This document shows, piece after piece, positions 12,293-25,631 of a DNA stretch of 51,900 bases (positions within the stretch are counted from its first letter, which is position 1; every line of letters begins with the position of its first letter). The notes under the pieces were generated by a model that made no database searches, was not told the DNA's origin, and saw nothing but the letters and a program-made list of their open reading frames with translations. The stretch comes from Octopus sinensis. Its lineage: Eukaryota. The position numbers and the translations under genes are program-made. The stretch spans positions 1 to 51,900 of the forward strand of contig NW_021834505.1 in NCBI RefSeq assembly GCF_006345805.1, written 5' to 3'.

Positions 12293-12769
12293 ATATATAT
12301 ATATACACACATACATTCATATATGTACACCAACAGACACACTGAGATACACACACACACACACACACACACAGAGGTAAGATAGCACAAATAAAACGAG
12401 GGGAGTAAGAAAACTACAGTTGGACAGCTCGAGAAATTACGATAGGGAGACAAAACTACAAAAAGTTATGGACAAAATGTCAACACACACACGCACATAC
12501 GCACACACACAAGCACACATGCACATACACACATACATACCAATACACACACCTACACATACAGTCACATCCACGCAAAAATGACTATAAAAGTTGTGCT
12601 CGGTGAACAGCGAGTCAAAAATGAGACATGAAAAGAAGTAGAGCGACGTTTTGGGTGAACTCTTTATCAAAGTGAGCAAGAGAAGAGACAAGATAAAAGA
12701 AACAAGAAAAGGTGCGATACCTATTTGATGCAAAGGTGTGTGTGTGTGTGTGTGTGTGTTTGTTTGGCT

Positions 12770-12949
12770 ATGTTATGCCAGAAGGTTTGCAAATCTAACG
12801 AAAAAGACATTTTAAGATCCAGAAAGATCAGAACTTATCTACAGCTCTTAGTGGTCCAAATTGGAGGTGCAATCTATGTGGGTGTCTTTTTCAGAACATT
12901 GTCTGGTTTAAAAAGCCACATCAGATGCCATGATGGTTCTAAGGTGTAG
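12770..12949 (+). pseudogene. Second decayed twin C2H2 motif (RTE-like LINE 3' end)
   Basis: LCQKVCKS..KRHFKI, and after removing one T, WRCNLCGCLFRTLSGLKSHIRCH (C-x2-C-x12-H-x3-H). Confidence 0.55.
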
Positions 12950-13255
12950 CTACGGGAGGGTTCCAGTTGATCCAACCAACGGAACAGCCTGCTCGTGAAA
13001 TTAACGTGCAAGTGGCTGAGGACTCCACAGCCACGTGTACCCTTAACGTACTTCTCGGGGATATTCAGCGTGACACAGAGAGTGACAAGGCTGACCCTTT
13101 GAAATACAGGTATAACAGAAACAGGAAGAAAGAGTGAGAGAAAGTTGTGGTGAAAGAGTAGAGCAGGGTTCGCCACCACCCCCTGCCGGAGCCTCGTGGA
13201 GCTTTTAGGTGTTTTCGCTCAATAAACACTCACAACGCCCGGTCTGGGAATCGAA
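12950..13255 (-). mobile_element. SINE family A (tail type 2), head truncated
   Basis: Matches 23165-23543. Confidence 0.8.
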
Positions 13256-13323
13256 TATCTTGACTAAATACACATTGTCAAGATATTGATACATTTCACA
13301 AGATGTTTTCATTATTTTGTTCA

Positions 13324-13375
<52 letters not shown>

Positions 13376-13429
13376 TATATATATATATATATATAGGTTA
13401 TATATATAGGTTATGGGAAGTAATTGTAT

Positions 13430-13960
13430 CAAGAAGACCCAAAAGTGACAGGTAAAGGTGAGTAAGTGCTATGGACAGACTATAGTTAAGTTCCAGGTTC
13501 GATGATGATACGAATGAGGAGTCTAACATAGCATGCATATATATAAAAATTAACAGAATGAGATAAAAAAGATCCAAGGCTGTGAAAGATTTCGGAACAT
13601 TTATAATGAGAAGTTCTTACAGTTGTTTCCGGAATATTTTATATAACCTTTCATCAGAGGAGGTGCAAGAACATGTTTAAGTAATAGTTATTATAGAGAA
13701 GATATGAAATACAGAGTGAAGTGGAGGAATGAAAATAGACGTGAGATACGTAAGGATATTATATCTGCAGTTCCATTATTTAGGCAGAAGGTATACATAT
13801 AAGTATCCTCTACCTTGTGTGTGAGTTCCAATGGTATTTATAATTGGTCATTCCAAGCATAGAATCTTGTAAAAGGTGTTATTCAATCGAGGGTTTTTTG
13901 AAGTGATTTAAAAGTTGGAAATGTGTTTGTAAGATCAAATCAAAAACAGGAAGAGAGAAA
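13430..13960 (-). mobile_element. Decayed PLE 3' end/pLTR with a hammerhead remnant at 13613-13662
   Basis: Minus strand CCT-CTGATGA-AAGG..TCCG-GAAAC AACT GTA-AGAA (typical GAAACAGCTGTA form with one change). Upstream sequence is compatible with a degraded EN C-terminus. Boundaries approximate. Confidence 0.45.
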
Positions 13961-14299
13961 AAAATGTATGTGTGTATGTTCTATATTCTACATTTATTGA
14001 ATGAGAAGAATTCTTATGAAAACGAACAACTGGAAAATATTATATAGAAAGTAATTATAAGTTGGTAGCTTATTGGTTTAAAAATTGTTTAATAAAGATG
14101 TAGAAAAATAATTATTATGCCTCATAAATAATTGACGCATCATTATTGTTCGTAAGCAATTGATACTAAATTAAGAGTTTTAAAATAATATTGACTAAAA
14201 TCATGAATAAATAAATAGTCTAATAAATAATCAATAAATGTAGTTAAAATGAATATTAATCGATCTAATATCGTAGACTGTTGTCTTTTCCGAAATCTA

Positions 14300-14412
14300 T
14301 TAAGAGAAGAGCAAAACGACGTATATTGTTCGAAGATATACAGAACTAGCGAGACACACGGTAGCCATTACAGCTAGGAACAAGCGGCTGTAACTCGGCA
14401 TGGTCGTTGCTC
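14300..14412 (-). CDS. Possible terminal coding exon encoding a hydrophobic C-terminal tail
   Basis: Acceptor TTGTTGCTTCTACCAG|, reading (G)ATTMPSYSRLFLAVMATVCLASSVYLRTIYVVLLFS*, then an AT-rich tract and AATAAA at 13993-13998 (-). No upstream exon identified. Confidence 0.25.
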
Positions 14413-15445
14413 CTGGTAGAAGCAACAACGAAGCCCTTTTCAAATGACACCTTATCTTAACCCTTTGCTTGTCTCGTGTATCATGTGTAATACATAGGGT
14501 ATATTTCTCTGGCGTCCATGCATCGTAAATGAGACACATTTCCAATTTGTTTCAACCATCAGAGTGACTTGGGACTCATTTGAAAGGAAATATTTCTATT
14601 ACTTAAAACTTACGAAACAAATGTTTACAAAAATCTGAAAACAAGCATGGACGTTTAGGACAAACTTACGAAATGCTTTGAACGAGCAAAGGGTTAGAAA
14701 ACATCCACAAGGACTTTATTTCACGTTGCTTCTGCCCACTCAGCTGACAAAAATAAGTTGTACCTGTCACGTCAAATCACACCGAAAACTATATTAAGGG
14801 CACACATGTCTGTGGAGTACTCAGCCACATGCACGTTAAATTTCACGAGTGGATCAACTGGAACGCTCGTCGTCGCAACCGACGGAGCGCCAGTGAAGCG
14901 CTTTAGCTTCAATTTATCTCATTTTGTAATGTATTAAATTTTGTTTTGGTGGCGTATTCGTTGCAATCCCTTTTCTGGCTGGCACTTATTCCCACCTCCC
15001 CTGTGATGGCCATATTTAGTCATTTAGTCATTAATAAACAAACAGAGGATATTTGCTAGGGTATATTAAATATTTAAGGCAAAACTTCAAATGCCCTACA
15101 GCTCATTGCTAGCAAAACCTGCCAAGATTTTTCCATCGAGTGAAAGTAGAAAAAGCTAGTTCCCTCGGCATCCACTCTTGGCAAACAAGGCAACAATAAT
15201 GATAACTGCAAACGTAATAATTGTTTCAAATTTTGGCACAAGACCAGAAATTTTTAGGAGAGGGAAGATGATGACTACATGGACCCCAGTGCCCAACAAG
15301 GATTTATTTATCGACCCCGAAAGGATGAAAGACAAAGTCGATCTCGGAGGAATTTAAACTCAGAACGTAAAGATGGATCAAATACCGCTAAGCATCTCGC
15401 CTGCTGTACTAATGATTCTGCCAGCTCACCGCCTTAATAATGATA

Positions 15446-15484
<39 letters not shown>

Positions 15485-15499
15485 ATAATAATAATAATA

Positions 15500-15536
<37 letters not shown>

Positions 15537-15537
15537 A

Positions 15538-16038
15538 AATGCCCTGATGCAGTCCCAGGCAGTGGTTCTCATGGCTTCTGATCTTAACTGATTGAAAGTG
15601 TTATCATGTACATTGTTTTGTCTTCGTATAAAAGATGGGCTACAGCAAATATTCTGCTCAATATCACAGATTTGCTTGTCAGTTGTTTGACCATAACCAG
15701 TCAAGCATGTTCTTTGTTGGCTGACGATATGCGCATCTCTGATCACGAGCAGAAGTAGTGGGGTAGCATCATAGCCATGGGTTGGGAGGAATTCTTTGGG
15801 GTTCGAATAATTCACTTCTGGAAACAGGTGTTTCCTTCCATAAACAATCCTTATTCAGGGACTTTTGAGGGGATGGGCTATTCAACCCGAGGAAAATTCT
15901 AACTGGACCTCACCTGCAAGGTCATGCGCTGTTTATCTTGATATGGCTGTGATGCATGTGCATAGGGTACCCTTATGAAACGGGCAGTCATGATGGGTAT
16001 ACTGGGGTTCGTATATTTTACCCCAGTGTCACTTTGAT
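15538..16038. repeat. Roughly 500-bp unique-looking insert embedded between TAA arrays (probable non-autonomous element or LINE UTR)
   Basis: Sharp transitions from (TAA)n into complex sequence and back; no convincing ORF. Confidence 0.45.
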
Positions 16039-17499
<1,461 letters not shown>

Positions 17500-18334
17500 A
17501 CAAGAAACTACCAGGCCAACATATTAAAGAACGGCAGTAGCCCAACATGTCGTGTATGCCGACAACAAAATGAAACCATTGACCACGTTGTCTCCAAATG
17601 CAGTCTTCTAGCGCCTACAGAGTACCTCAGTAGGCATGATAGAGCTGCACAATATATTCACTGGGTAATTTGCAAAAACCTGGATTTGCCCCATGAAAAA
17701 AACTGGTGGGAACACAATCCACCTCCTGTGCTTGAAAATGACCACATCTCACTCCTCTGGAACTTCACCATTCAAACTGACAGGAAGATAGATGCAAATA
17801 GGCCAGACATTATATTGAAAGACTTCAGACAAAGAACATGCCTCCTCATTGATATGACTGTCCCAATGGATATAAACGTATCTGTCAAGACCTACCAAAA
17901 ACTGAGCAAGTATAAAGATCTTGAAATAGAAATCAGCAAAATGTGGAAGCTGAAGACTAAAACAATACCTGTTGTCATAGGTGCCCTGGGAATGATAGCG
18001 AAAGGGACTGATTGCTACCTAACTCAGATACCACGAAACCCCAAAATGGCAGAAATTCAAAAGATAGTGCTCATGGGAACTGCTCATATCCTACGCAAAA
18101 TACTCTTTATGTAATCCCAAGGTTTAAAACAAACTTTTTTGTTTATTTATTTAAATTTTTTTTAAAAATTTATTTATTTATTTTTTATTTTTATGTATTA
18201 GACATTCACTAGTACAACACCATAAAAAAAAACCCCCCAAATATATGGCACAGAACTTCCAACCTGTTGTCTCTTGAGGTCTCTGGGTGAGACTTGGAGC
18301 CAACTGTACAGACATAAAGCAAAAGTCAAACATA
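17500..18334 (+). mobile_element. 5'-truncated RLE-type non-LTR retrotransposon (R4/Dong-like) in a (TAA)n array
   Basis: ORF to 18114: TRNY, CCHC knuckle CRVC..ETIDHVVSKC, RHD, PD-(D/E)xK nuclease NRPDII..LLIDMTVP..K..KY; then 3' UTR and an (AAT)n tail. Confidence 0.88.
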
Positions 18335-18393
<59 letters not shown>

Positions 18394-18920
18394 TGATCAT
18401 GATCATGATGTCACCGATGATGAAGATGATGATAATAATAAAAATTATGGTAATAATCCTTTCTACCATAAGCACAAGCCCTGAAATTTTGGTGAGGTGA
18501 ATAGTCGATTGCATCGACACCAGTACACAATTGATACTTATTTCGACGACCTCGAAAGGATGAAAGGCAAAGTTGACCTCAACAGAATATTTAAGTTTGT
18601 ATGTATGTATATATAAGTGTCTTCGAGTTTGTGTATATGTGTGCGTATCTTTGTAATTCTGTATGACCCCACTCCCAACGGTTGACAACCGTTGTTGGTG
18701 TGTTTACGTCCCCGTAACATAGTGATTTGGCAAAAGAGTACGTTATAATCAGTACACGACTGAAAGTATGTACTGGAGTCGTTTCGTCCAACTAACCCCC
18801 CCCCCCAAAAAAAAAACCCTTGAAGGTGGTGCCCCAGCATGGCCGCAATCCAATGATTGGAACAAGTGGAAGATAGATGATAGAAAAGAAGATAAAAAGC
18901 AAGAAGACGTTCGAATATGT

Positions 18921-19089
18921 AGCAGGAGTGGCTGTGTGGTAAGTAGCTTGCTAACCAACCACATGGTTCCGGGTTCACTCCCACTGCGTGGCATCTTGGG
19001 CAAGTGTCTTCTGCTATAGCCCCGGGCCGACCAAAGCCTTGTGAGTGGATTTGGTAGACGGAAACTGAAAGAAGCCCGTCACATATATG

Positions 19090-19122
<33 letters not shown>

Positions 19123-19340
19123 TTGTGTGTGTGTGTTTGTCCCCCTAGCATTGCTTGACAACCGATGCTGGTGTGTTTACGTCCCCGTCACTTAGCGGTT
19201 CGGTAAAAGAGACCGATAGAATAAGTACTGGGCTTACAAAGAATAAGTCCCGGGGTCGATTTGCTCGACTAAAGGCGGTGCTCCAGCATGGCCGCAGTCG
19301 AATGACTGAAACAAGTAAAAGAGTAAAAGAGTAAAGAGTG
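18921..19340 (+). mobile_element. SINE family B, full length
   Basis: GCAGGAGTGGCTGTGTGGTAAGTAGCTTG..GGTTCCGGGTTCA head; internal (TA)n(TG)n; tail (GTAAAAGA)n. Preceded by a 3'-half fragment at about 18650-18890. Confidence 0.85.
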
Positions 19341-20169
19341 AAAAAGCTCAAGGAAGAACAAAGCCGAGCTGATGTAGAATGTGCCAGCTCAGTTTTACAT
19401 TACCAGCAGACAATAGCGTACACACTTCAATAAGATGGCGCACCAGATGATACAGCAAGGAAGGCGCGTGAAATTGATGGAAACACGACGATAATAAAAA
19501 TGTATAAATAAATAATGAGAGCAATGCAAATTTATTAATATGAGAGCGGTTGAGAGAGAAGAGAGGGAAGGATGGATAGAGAGGGAAGAGTGACAGTGGG
19601 AGAGGAAGATGGCAGTAGTTAAAATAGGATAAGCACTAACGAACTAATGCAAATGGTTGAAATATAAGCTGTGAAAAATAAGCTGTTAAATGAAAACCGA
19701 GAAAATCAACAAAGTAAATTATACTGTGTGAAAGGGAAGCGAGCATATGTTATCACTGTGTGCAAGCAAGTATTAAAACAGCGGAGTACGTTATTCTATA
19801 AAAGCCCTGCAACTAAAGATATTTCGTATGATGTGGTTCGCCGTTATGTTACTTAATTTGCTAAATGTAATGTGAAATCTAAGCCGTAAAATGTAAGCTA
19901 TAAATGAAATGTAACTTGTAAAAATCCCAAATGTTCAGAGCGTTCTGAGATGAATGTTTGACATATGAAGCACAGGAGAGTACAGATTCTCTTTTGATGT
20001 AACTCGTAAAAGTATTATTTACACAAATCAATACGAAATACATTTCTGTTTAATAAGAACATACATTTACTAAGAACTTTTATTCAATTAGAATTTACAT
20101 TCAATATGGAATATATATACACTCAACTAGAATGTACAAAACCAATCCTATCCGAAATGAAAATCTCAG

Positions 20170-20570
20170 TAGGCGCAGGAGTGGCTGTGTGGTAAGTAGC
20201 TTGCTTACCAACCACATGGTTCCGGGTTCAGTCCCACTGCGTGGCACCTTGGGCAAGTGTCTTCTAATATAGCCTCGGGCCAACCAAAGCCTTGTGAGTG
20301 GATTTCGTAGACGGAAACTGAAAGAAGCCTGTCGTATATATGTATATATATGTATGTATGTGTATGTATATGTTTGTGTGTCTGTGTTTGTCTCCCTAGC
20401 ATTGCTTGACAACCGATGCTAGTGTGTTTATGTCCCCGTCACTTAGCGGTTCGGCAAAAGAGACCGATAGAATAAGTACTGGGCTTACAAAGAATAAGTC
20501 CCGGGGTCGATTTGCTCGATTAAAGGTGGTGCACCGTCATGGCCGCAGTCGAATGACTGAAACAAATAGA
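20170..20570 (+). mobile_element. SINE family B
   Basis: Near-identical to 18921-19340. Confidence 0.85.
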
Positions 20571-20681
20571 GAAAGAGGGTTGGTATTCAAATACTCTCAA
20601 CACCCACCGTATTTACTCGTTCATAAGTCACACTTCGATGTTTCAGTTAAAATCTTGTATGAAATAGCGCAGAAAGTAAAG

Positions 20682-20750
<69 letters not shown>

Positions 20751-20898
20751 CACACACTGTGTTTATTTGCATATAAGCCGCATCCCTAATTTTGTGTTAA
20801 ATCTTGCTACAGTTTTGTTTTTCTCTCATAATATTAGCTTCACTCCGTGTATCAGTCGTAGCCTAGGGTTTTCATTTAAAATCAAGCTTGAAATAGGG

Positions 20899-20991
<93 letters not shown>

Positions 20992-21066
20992 GCATAATTC
21001 AATGCAAGACACATTGGAATAGTTTCGAATTGTCTTCTCCAAGAAAGACTTCAGTTCATCTCCTTA

Positions 21067-21107
<41 letters not shown>

Positions 21108-21123
21108 TAATAATAATAATAAT

Positions 21124-21680
21124 AATGACCACATCTCACTCCTCTGGAACTTCCCCATTCAAACTGACAGAAAGATAGATGCAAATAAGCCAGACATATT
21201 GAAAGACTTCAAACAAAGAACATGCCTCCTCATTGATATGACTGTCCCAATCGATATAAACGTATCTGTCAAGACCTACCAAAAACTGTGCAAATATAAA
21301 GATCTGGAAATAGAAATCAGCAAAATGTGGAACCTGAAGACTAAAACAATACCTGTTGTCATAGGTGCCCTGAGAATGATAGCAAAAGGGGCTGATCGCT
21401 ACCTAAGTCAGATACCAGGAAACCCCAAAATGGCAGAAATTCAAAAGATAGTGCTCATGGGAACTGCTCATATCCTACGCAAAATACTTTCTCTGTAATC
21501 TCAAGTTTTAAAACAAACATAATTTTTTTTAGACATTCACTAGTACAACACTAAATACAAAACCAAATATATGGCACACTAGGCATAACAACAACACGAA
21601 CTTCCAGCCTGTTGTCTCTTGAGGACTCTGGGTGAGACTTGGAGCCAACTTGTACAAATATAAAGCAAAAGTCAAACATA
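21124..21680 (+). mobile_element. Second, shorter 5'-truncated copy of the same R4/Dong-like element in (TAA)n
   Basis: Closely matches 17737-18334; ORF 21199-21498 encodes the RLE C-terminus; TAA repeats on both sides. Confidence 0.88.
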
Positions 21681-21879
21681 GAATAATAATAATAATAATT
21701 GTTTTAAATTTTGCCACAAGGGTAGCCATTTTGTGAGAGGGGATAGGTCGAATTTATCGAACCCCAGAAAGGATGAAAGGCAAAGTTGACCCCAGCGGCA
21801 TTTGAACATAGAATACGAAGACAGACGAAATAGCGCTAAGTATTTCGCCAGGCGAAATGAGTGACGCGAGTAAAAGATG

Positions 21880-21913
<34 letters not shown>

Positions 21914-21995
21914 TATACATACATACATACATACATACATACATACATACATACATACATACATAGATACATACATATATATATATATATATATA

Positions 21996-22306
21996 TCACG
22001 TGATTACATGACCGACCAGGCTATCAGATGTTGCTACACATCGCTGGTCACAATGCGCTTAACATTGTTTCTAGCCTTTAAAAGACGCCACCCCGCTGGC
22101 TAAGCGAGCAGGCTAACAGAAGAAAGAGTGAGAGGAAGTTGTGGCGAAAGAGTACAGCAGGGACCATAAGCACCCCCTGTCGGAGCCTCGTGGAACTTTA
22201 GGTGTTTTCGCTCAATAAACACTCACAACGCCCGGTCTGGGAATCGAAACCGCGATCCCACGACCGCGAGTCCGCTGCCCTAACTACCGGGCCATTGCAC
22301 CTCCAC
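21996..22306 (-). mobile_element. SINE family A (tail type 3)
   Basis: Reverse complement of 11031-11334. Confidence 0.85.
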
Positions 22307-22355
22307 TCATACACAGACACAGACACAGACACAGGCACAGACACACACAACACAT

Positions 22356-22434
<79 letters not shown>

Positions 22435-22958
22435 ACATATATATACGGATGTATACGCGCATAAATATGACTTCTTTGATATTTGAATATATAAATAAAT
22501 GAATGATTGTTAGGTTTGATTTTAGTTAGAAAATACAACGGAAGCTGAAGACACTAAAATCACAGTATTTGAACCAGGAGAAAGAAAGAAAGGAAATGAA
22601 AGACAAAAGAATGAAAAGAACAGAAGAGAAATTGTGATATATAAGAGGAAAGAGCTGAGGGAGGGAAAAGGTCGGAAATGGAAGGACGGTAAGTAAGAAG
22701 AAATATGACAGTTTAATTGTAAGGTAGTATGGTGTAAGTGATGGGTTGGCAAGAAAGAATATATTTAAGTATATCAGGAACCGCCGTGGCTATGTGGTTA
22801 AGAAGCTGGCTTTCCAGCCACGTGATTTCGGAGCGCGGTCCAAAGGAATATACGGAACATTCACATGCAAGATGCAAGACGTGGATATGCTCTTCCCTTA
22901 TCATCTGTCGTCAAAAATCATTATGATTTCGAGCCTTATATGCGTATGTATATATATA

Positions 22959-22999
<41 letters not shown>

Positions 23000-23101
23000 A
23001 TATATATATAGGGAGAATTTACAAAATACCAACGACGAAGAAGGCAGGTGGTGTATACAACAAACAGATGTATTAGGATAATCTTCGGGAAGTGAAAGAA
23101 T

Positions 23102-23137
23102 CTTTAACGTTTCGAGCCTAAGCTCTTCCACAGAAAG
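23102..23137 (-). ncRNA. Candidate minimal hammerhead, variant core CTGTGGA
   Basis: Minus strand CTTT-CTGTGGA-A-GAGC TTAG GCTC-GAAAC-GTT-AAAG. Confidence 0.55.
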
Positions 23138-23164
23138 GAACACAGAAAGAAACAGGGAGCGTCG

Positions 23165-23543
23165 TGGCACTCTGTCGGTTACGACGACTAGGTTTCCAGT
23201 TGATCCAATCATCGGAACAGTCTGCTCGTGAAATTAACGTGCAAGTGACTGAGTACTCCTCAGACACGTGTACCCTTAACATAGCTCTCTGGGAGATTCA
23301 GCGTGACAGAGAGTGTGATAAGGCTGGCCCTTTGAAATATAAGTGCAGCGGAAACAGGAAGAAAGAGTGAGAGAAAGTTGTGGTGAAAGAGTACGGCAGG
23401 GTTCACCACCCACCCCTGCCGGAGCCTCGTGGAGTTTTAGGTGTTTTCACTCAATAAGCTCACAACGCACGGTCTGGGAATCGAAACCGCGATCCTACGA
23501 CCGCGAATCCGCTACCCTAACCCCTGGGCCATTGCGTCTCCAC
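23165..23543 (-). mobile_element. SINE family A (tail type 2), full length
   Basis: tRNA head at 23480-23543; tail also seen at 12950-13120, 14780-14892 (+) and 49686-49862. Confidence 0.85.
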
Positions 23544-23550
23544 TATATAT

Positions 23551-23581
<31 letters not shown>

Positions 23582-24117
23582 GGGTGGTGCGTGCGTGCAT
23601 ATGTGTGTGTGTTGTGTCTGTGCGTGTGTGCATGCATGCACGCGTACATGTGTCTGTCCCTACACTGTTTAGTAATAGGTGTCAATTTGTTTTACGTCCT
23701 AGTAACTTAACGTTTCGATAAAAAAGGCTGATATAATAAGTACGAAACTTAAAGATGAGAGATCGATATGTTCGGCTAAAACCTTTGATAGCGGCACCCA
23801 AGCAGGACCGCAACCCAATGACTGAAACATGTAAACGATTAAAACGATATATTTGGTTAGGAGAGCAGGGAAGGAGGGGAAAGCTTATTACACATCCTAC
23901 AGAAGCGGAGATAAATTATAATAAATCAAAAACTCATCTTGTATGCTATTTAATAGACCTGTATTTGGCGATCTTATTTAACGACGTGCCATTAAGAGTT
24001 ACTTCTCTTAGCACACGTGTTTAGTCTCTACAAACTACTTAGGCCATAAATGTGTTCTACATTTTTTTGTATTAGTCTAAGTCACTTGGTTGATGAAGAT
24101 AAGGTTGGACAAGTGTC

Positions 24118-24156
24118 GTGCCGATGACGGTTGTCGAGACAGAAACACGTGTTCAC
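24118..24156 (+). ncRNA. Candidate minimal hammerhead (core CCGATGA)
   Basis: GTG-CCGATGA-CGGT TGT CGAG ACA-GAAAC ACGT GTT-CAC; palindromic stem III ACACGTGT; stem II irregular. Confidence 0.45.
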
Positions 24157-24759
24157 CACTCTCCTCTATTCTCCAGACAATAAACCAGACTTTTTCTTAA
24201 TGGCCTGTCAGCTTTGGAGAATTCTTAAATCTTGAGATCATCTCCCCTTCTCATGTGAAGTTTGTTTTAATTATCATTTGGCAATTATGATACATCCTCT
24301 ACAGGCGGATATGGGTTTTAAGAAATCAAAAAAATTCATGTTGTATAGTATTTGATATACCTGTATTTGTTTATGTTGTTTAATACGATAAAACTGACTT
24401 AAAACAGACAGGAAAAGAAAAAAGCAAGTGGAACAAAAACGTATGTATGAAGGCAGAATAAGAGCCGCTACAGAGATAAAATAATTTCTTGTTTTATGTA
24501 TTGTATACCTGTTTAGAATTTACGTAAAGATATAGAAAGCTAAAATAAAAGACAGCTATTTTGTTATTTATAAAAGTAATGTGAACAATAAACATACTCT
24601 CTAAGTTTTCTTACATGATAGGAGCCTAAAAATAATTCAACTTTAGAAAAATACCTGGATTAGAATTCAAAATATATATACAAATATAATTAGTTTATTG
24701 TTCCGTTAAGATAAGATCAGCAAAAAAAAAGATAGTCTATTCAGTGAGAGATAAATATT

Positions 24760-24979
24760 ATTTAATGTACACAGTATGAAGATACAAGATACGTATAGTT
24801 TCTTGCTGTGAAGACACGTGTCTTGGTAGGTTTCTATAACACGCCTTGTATCCCCAAGCAATCTTTAGTCCTGAAGATTACTTGGAGATACAAGGTGTGT
24901 TATAAAATCCTGCATAGACACGTGTCTTCACAGCAAGAAACTATTAATACTTCGTGTATTTACACTGTGTATATTAAAT
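24760..24979. repeat. Roughly 220-bp imperfect palindrome
   Basis: ATAGTTTCTTGCTGTGAAGACACGTGTCT (from 24795) pairs with AGACACGTGTCTTCACAGCAAGAAACTAT (to 24944); axis near 24869. Confidence 0.8.
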
Positions 24980-25573
24980 ATTGCAAATATAATTGTATTA
25001 AAAAACCTCACTTTAAGTCTCATGATAAGTTAGGATGTTTAAATCTCACTGAAATAACAAACTCAGTCGTCCACCCACCAGAGAGAAAACAACTTGTTGT
25101 GTTCGTTGAATATATATGAATAATATACTATATATAACCTATTGTTAAATTTAATTCACCCATCTTTATATTGAATAATATCATCAACTAGAGTTAGCTG
25201 ACATTAATATATTTAACGTATACCTAGTGTTGTATTAACTGAGTAACATATACAAACAGAATCAACCAAATATCACAGAGGTATATTAAATAAACAGAGA
25301 CAAACATACACAACACATATTCATGCTGGAGACAGATATAAACATTGGTACAGACTTACTTCCAAATTCATTGGCAACTCTCAGATACCCAGACATTACA
25401 AATACACACTGACGGTAAAAGAAAAACAAACAATCTCTTTCTCTCTCTGTCTCCGTCTCTCTCTCTGTCTCTGTCTCTATCTGTCTCTCTCTGTCTTTCT
25501 GTCTGTCTTTCTATATATACACACACATAATGACAGTAAAAGAAAAAGAAAACACTCTTTATCTCTCTCTGCC

Positions 25574-25631
<58 letters not shown>

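Noticed and set aside
19860-20105. Faint degenerate inverted repeat
   Set aside because: Matches are short and AT-rich; not distinguishable from chance by eye.
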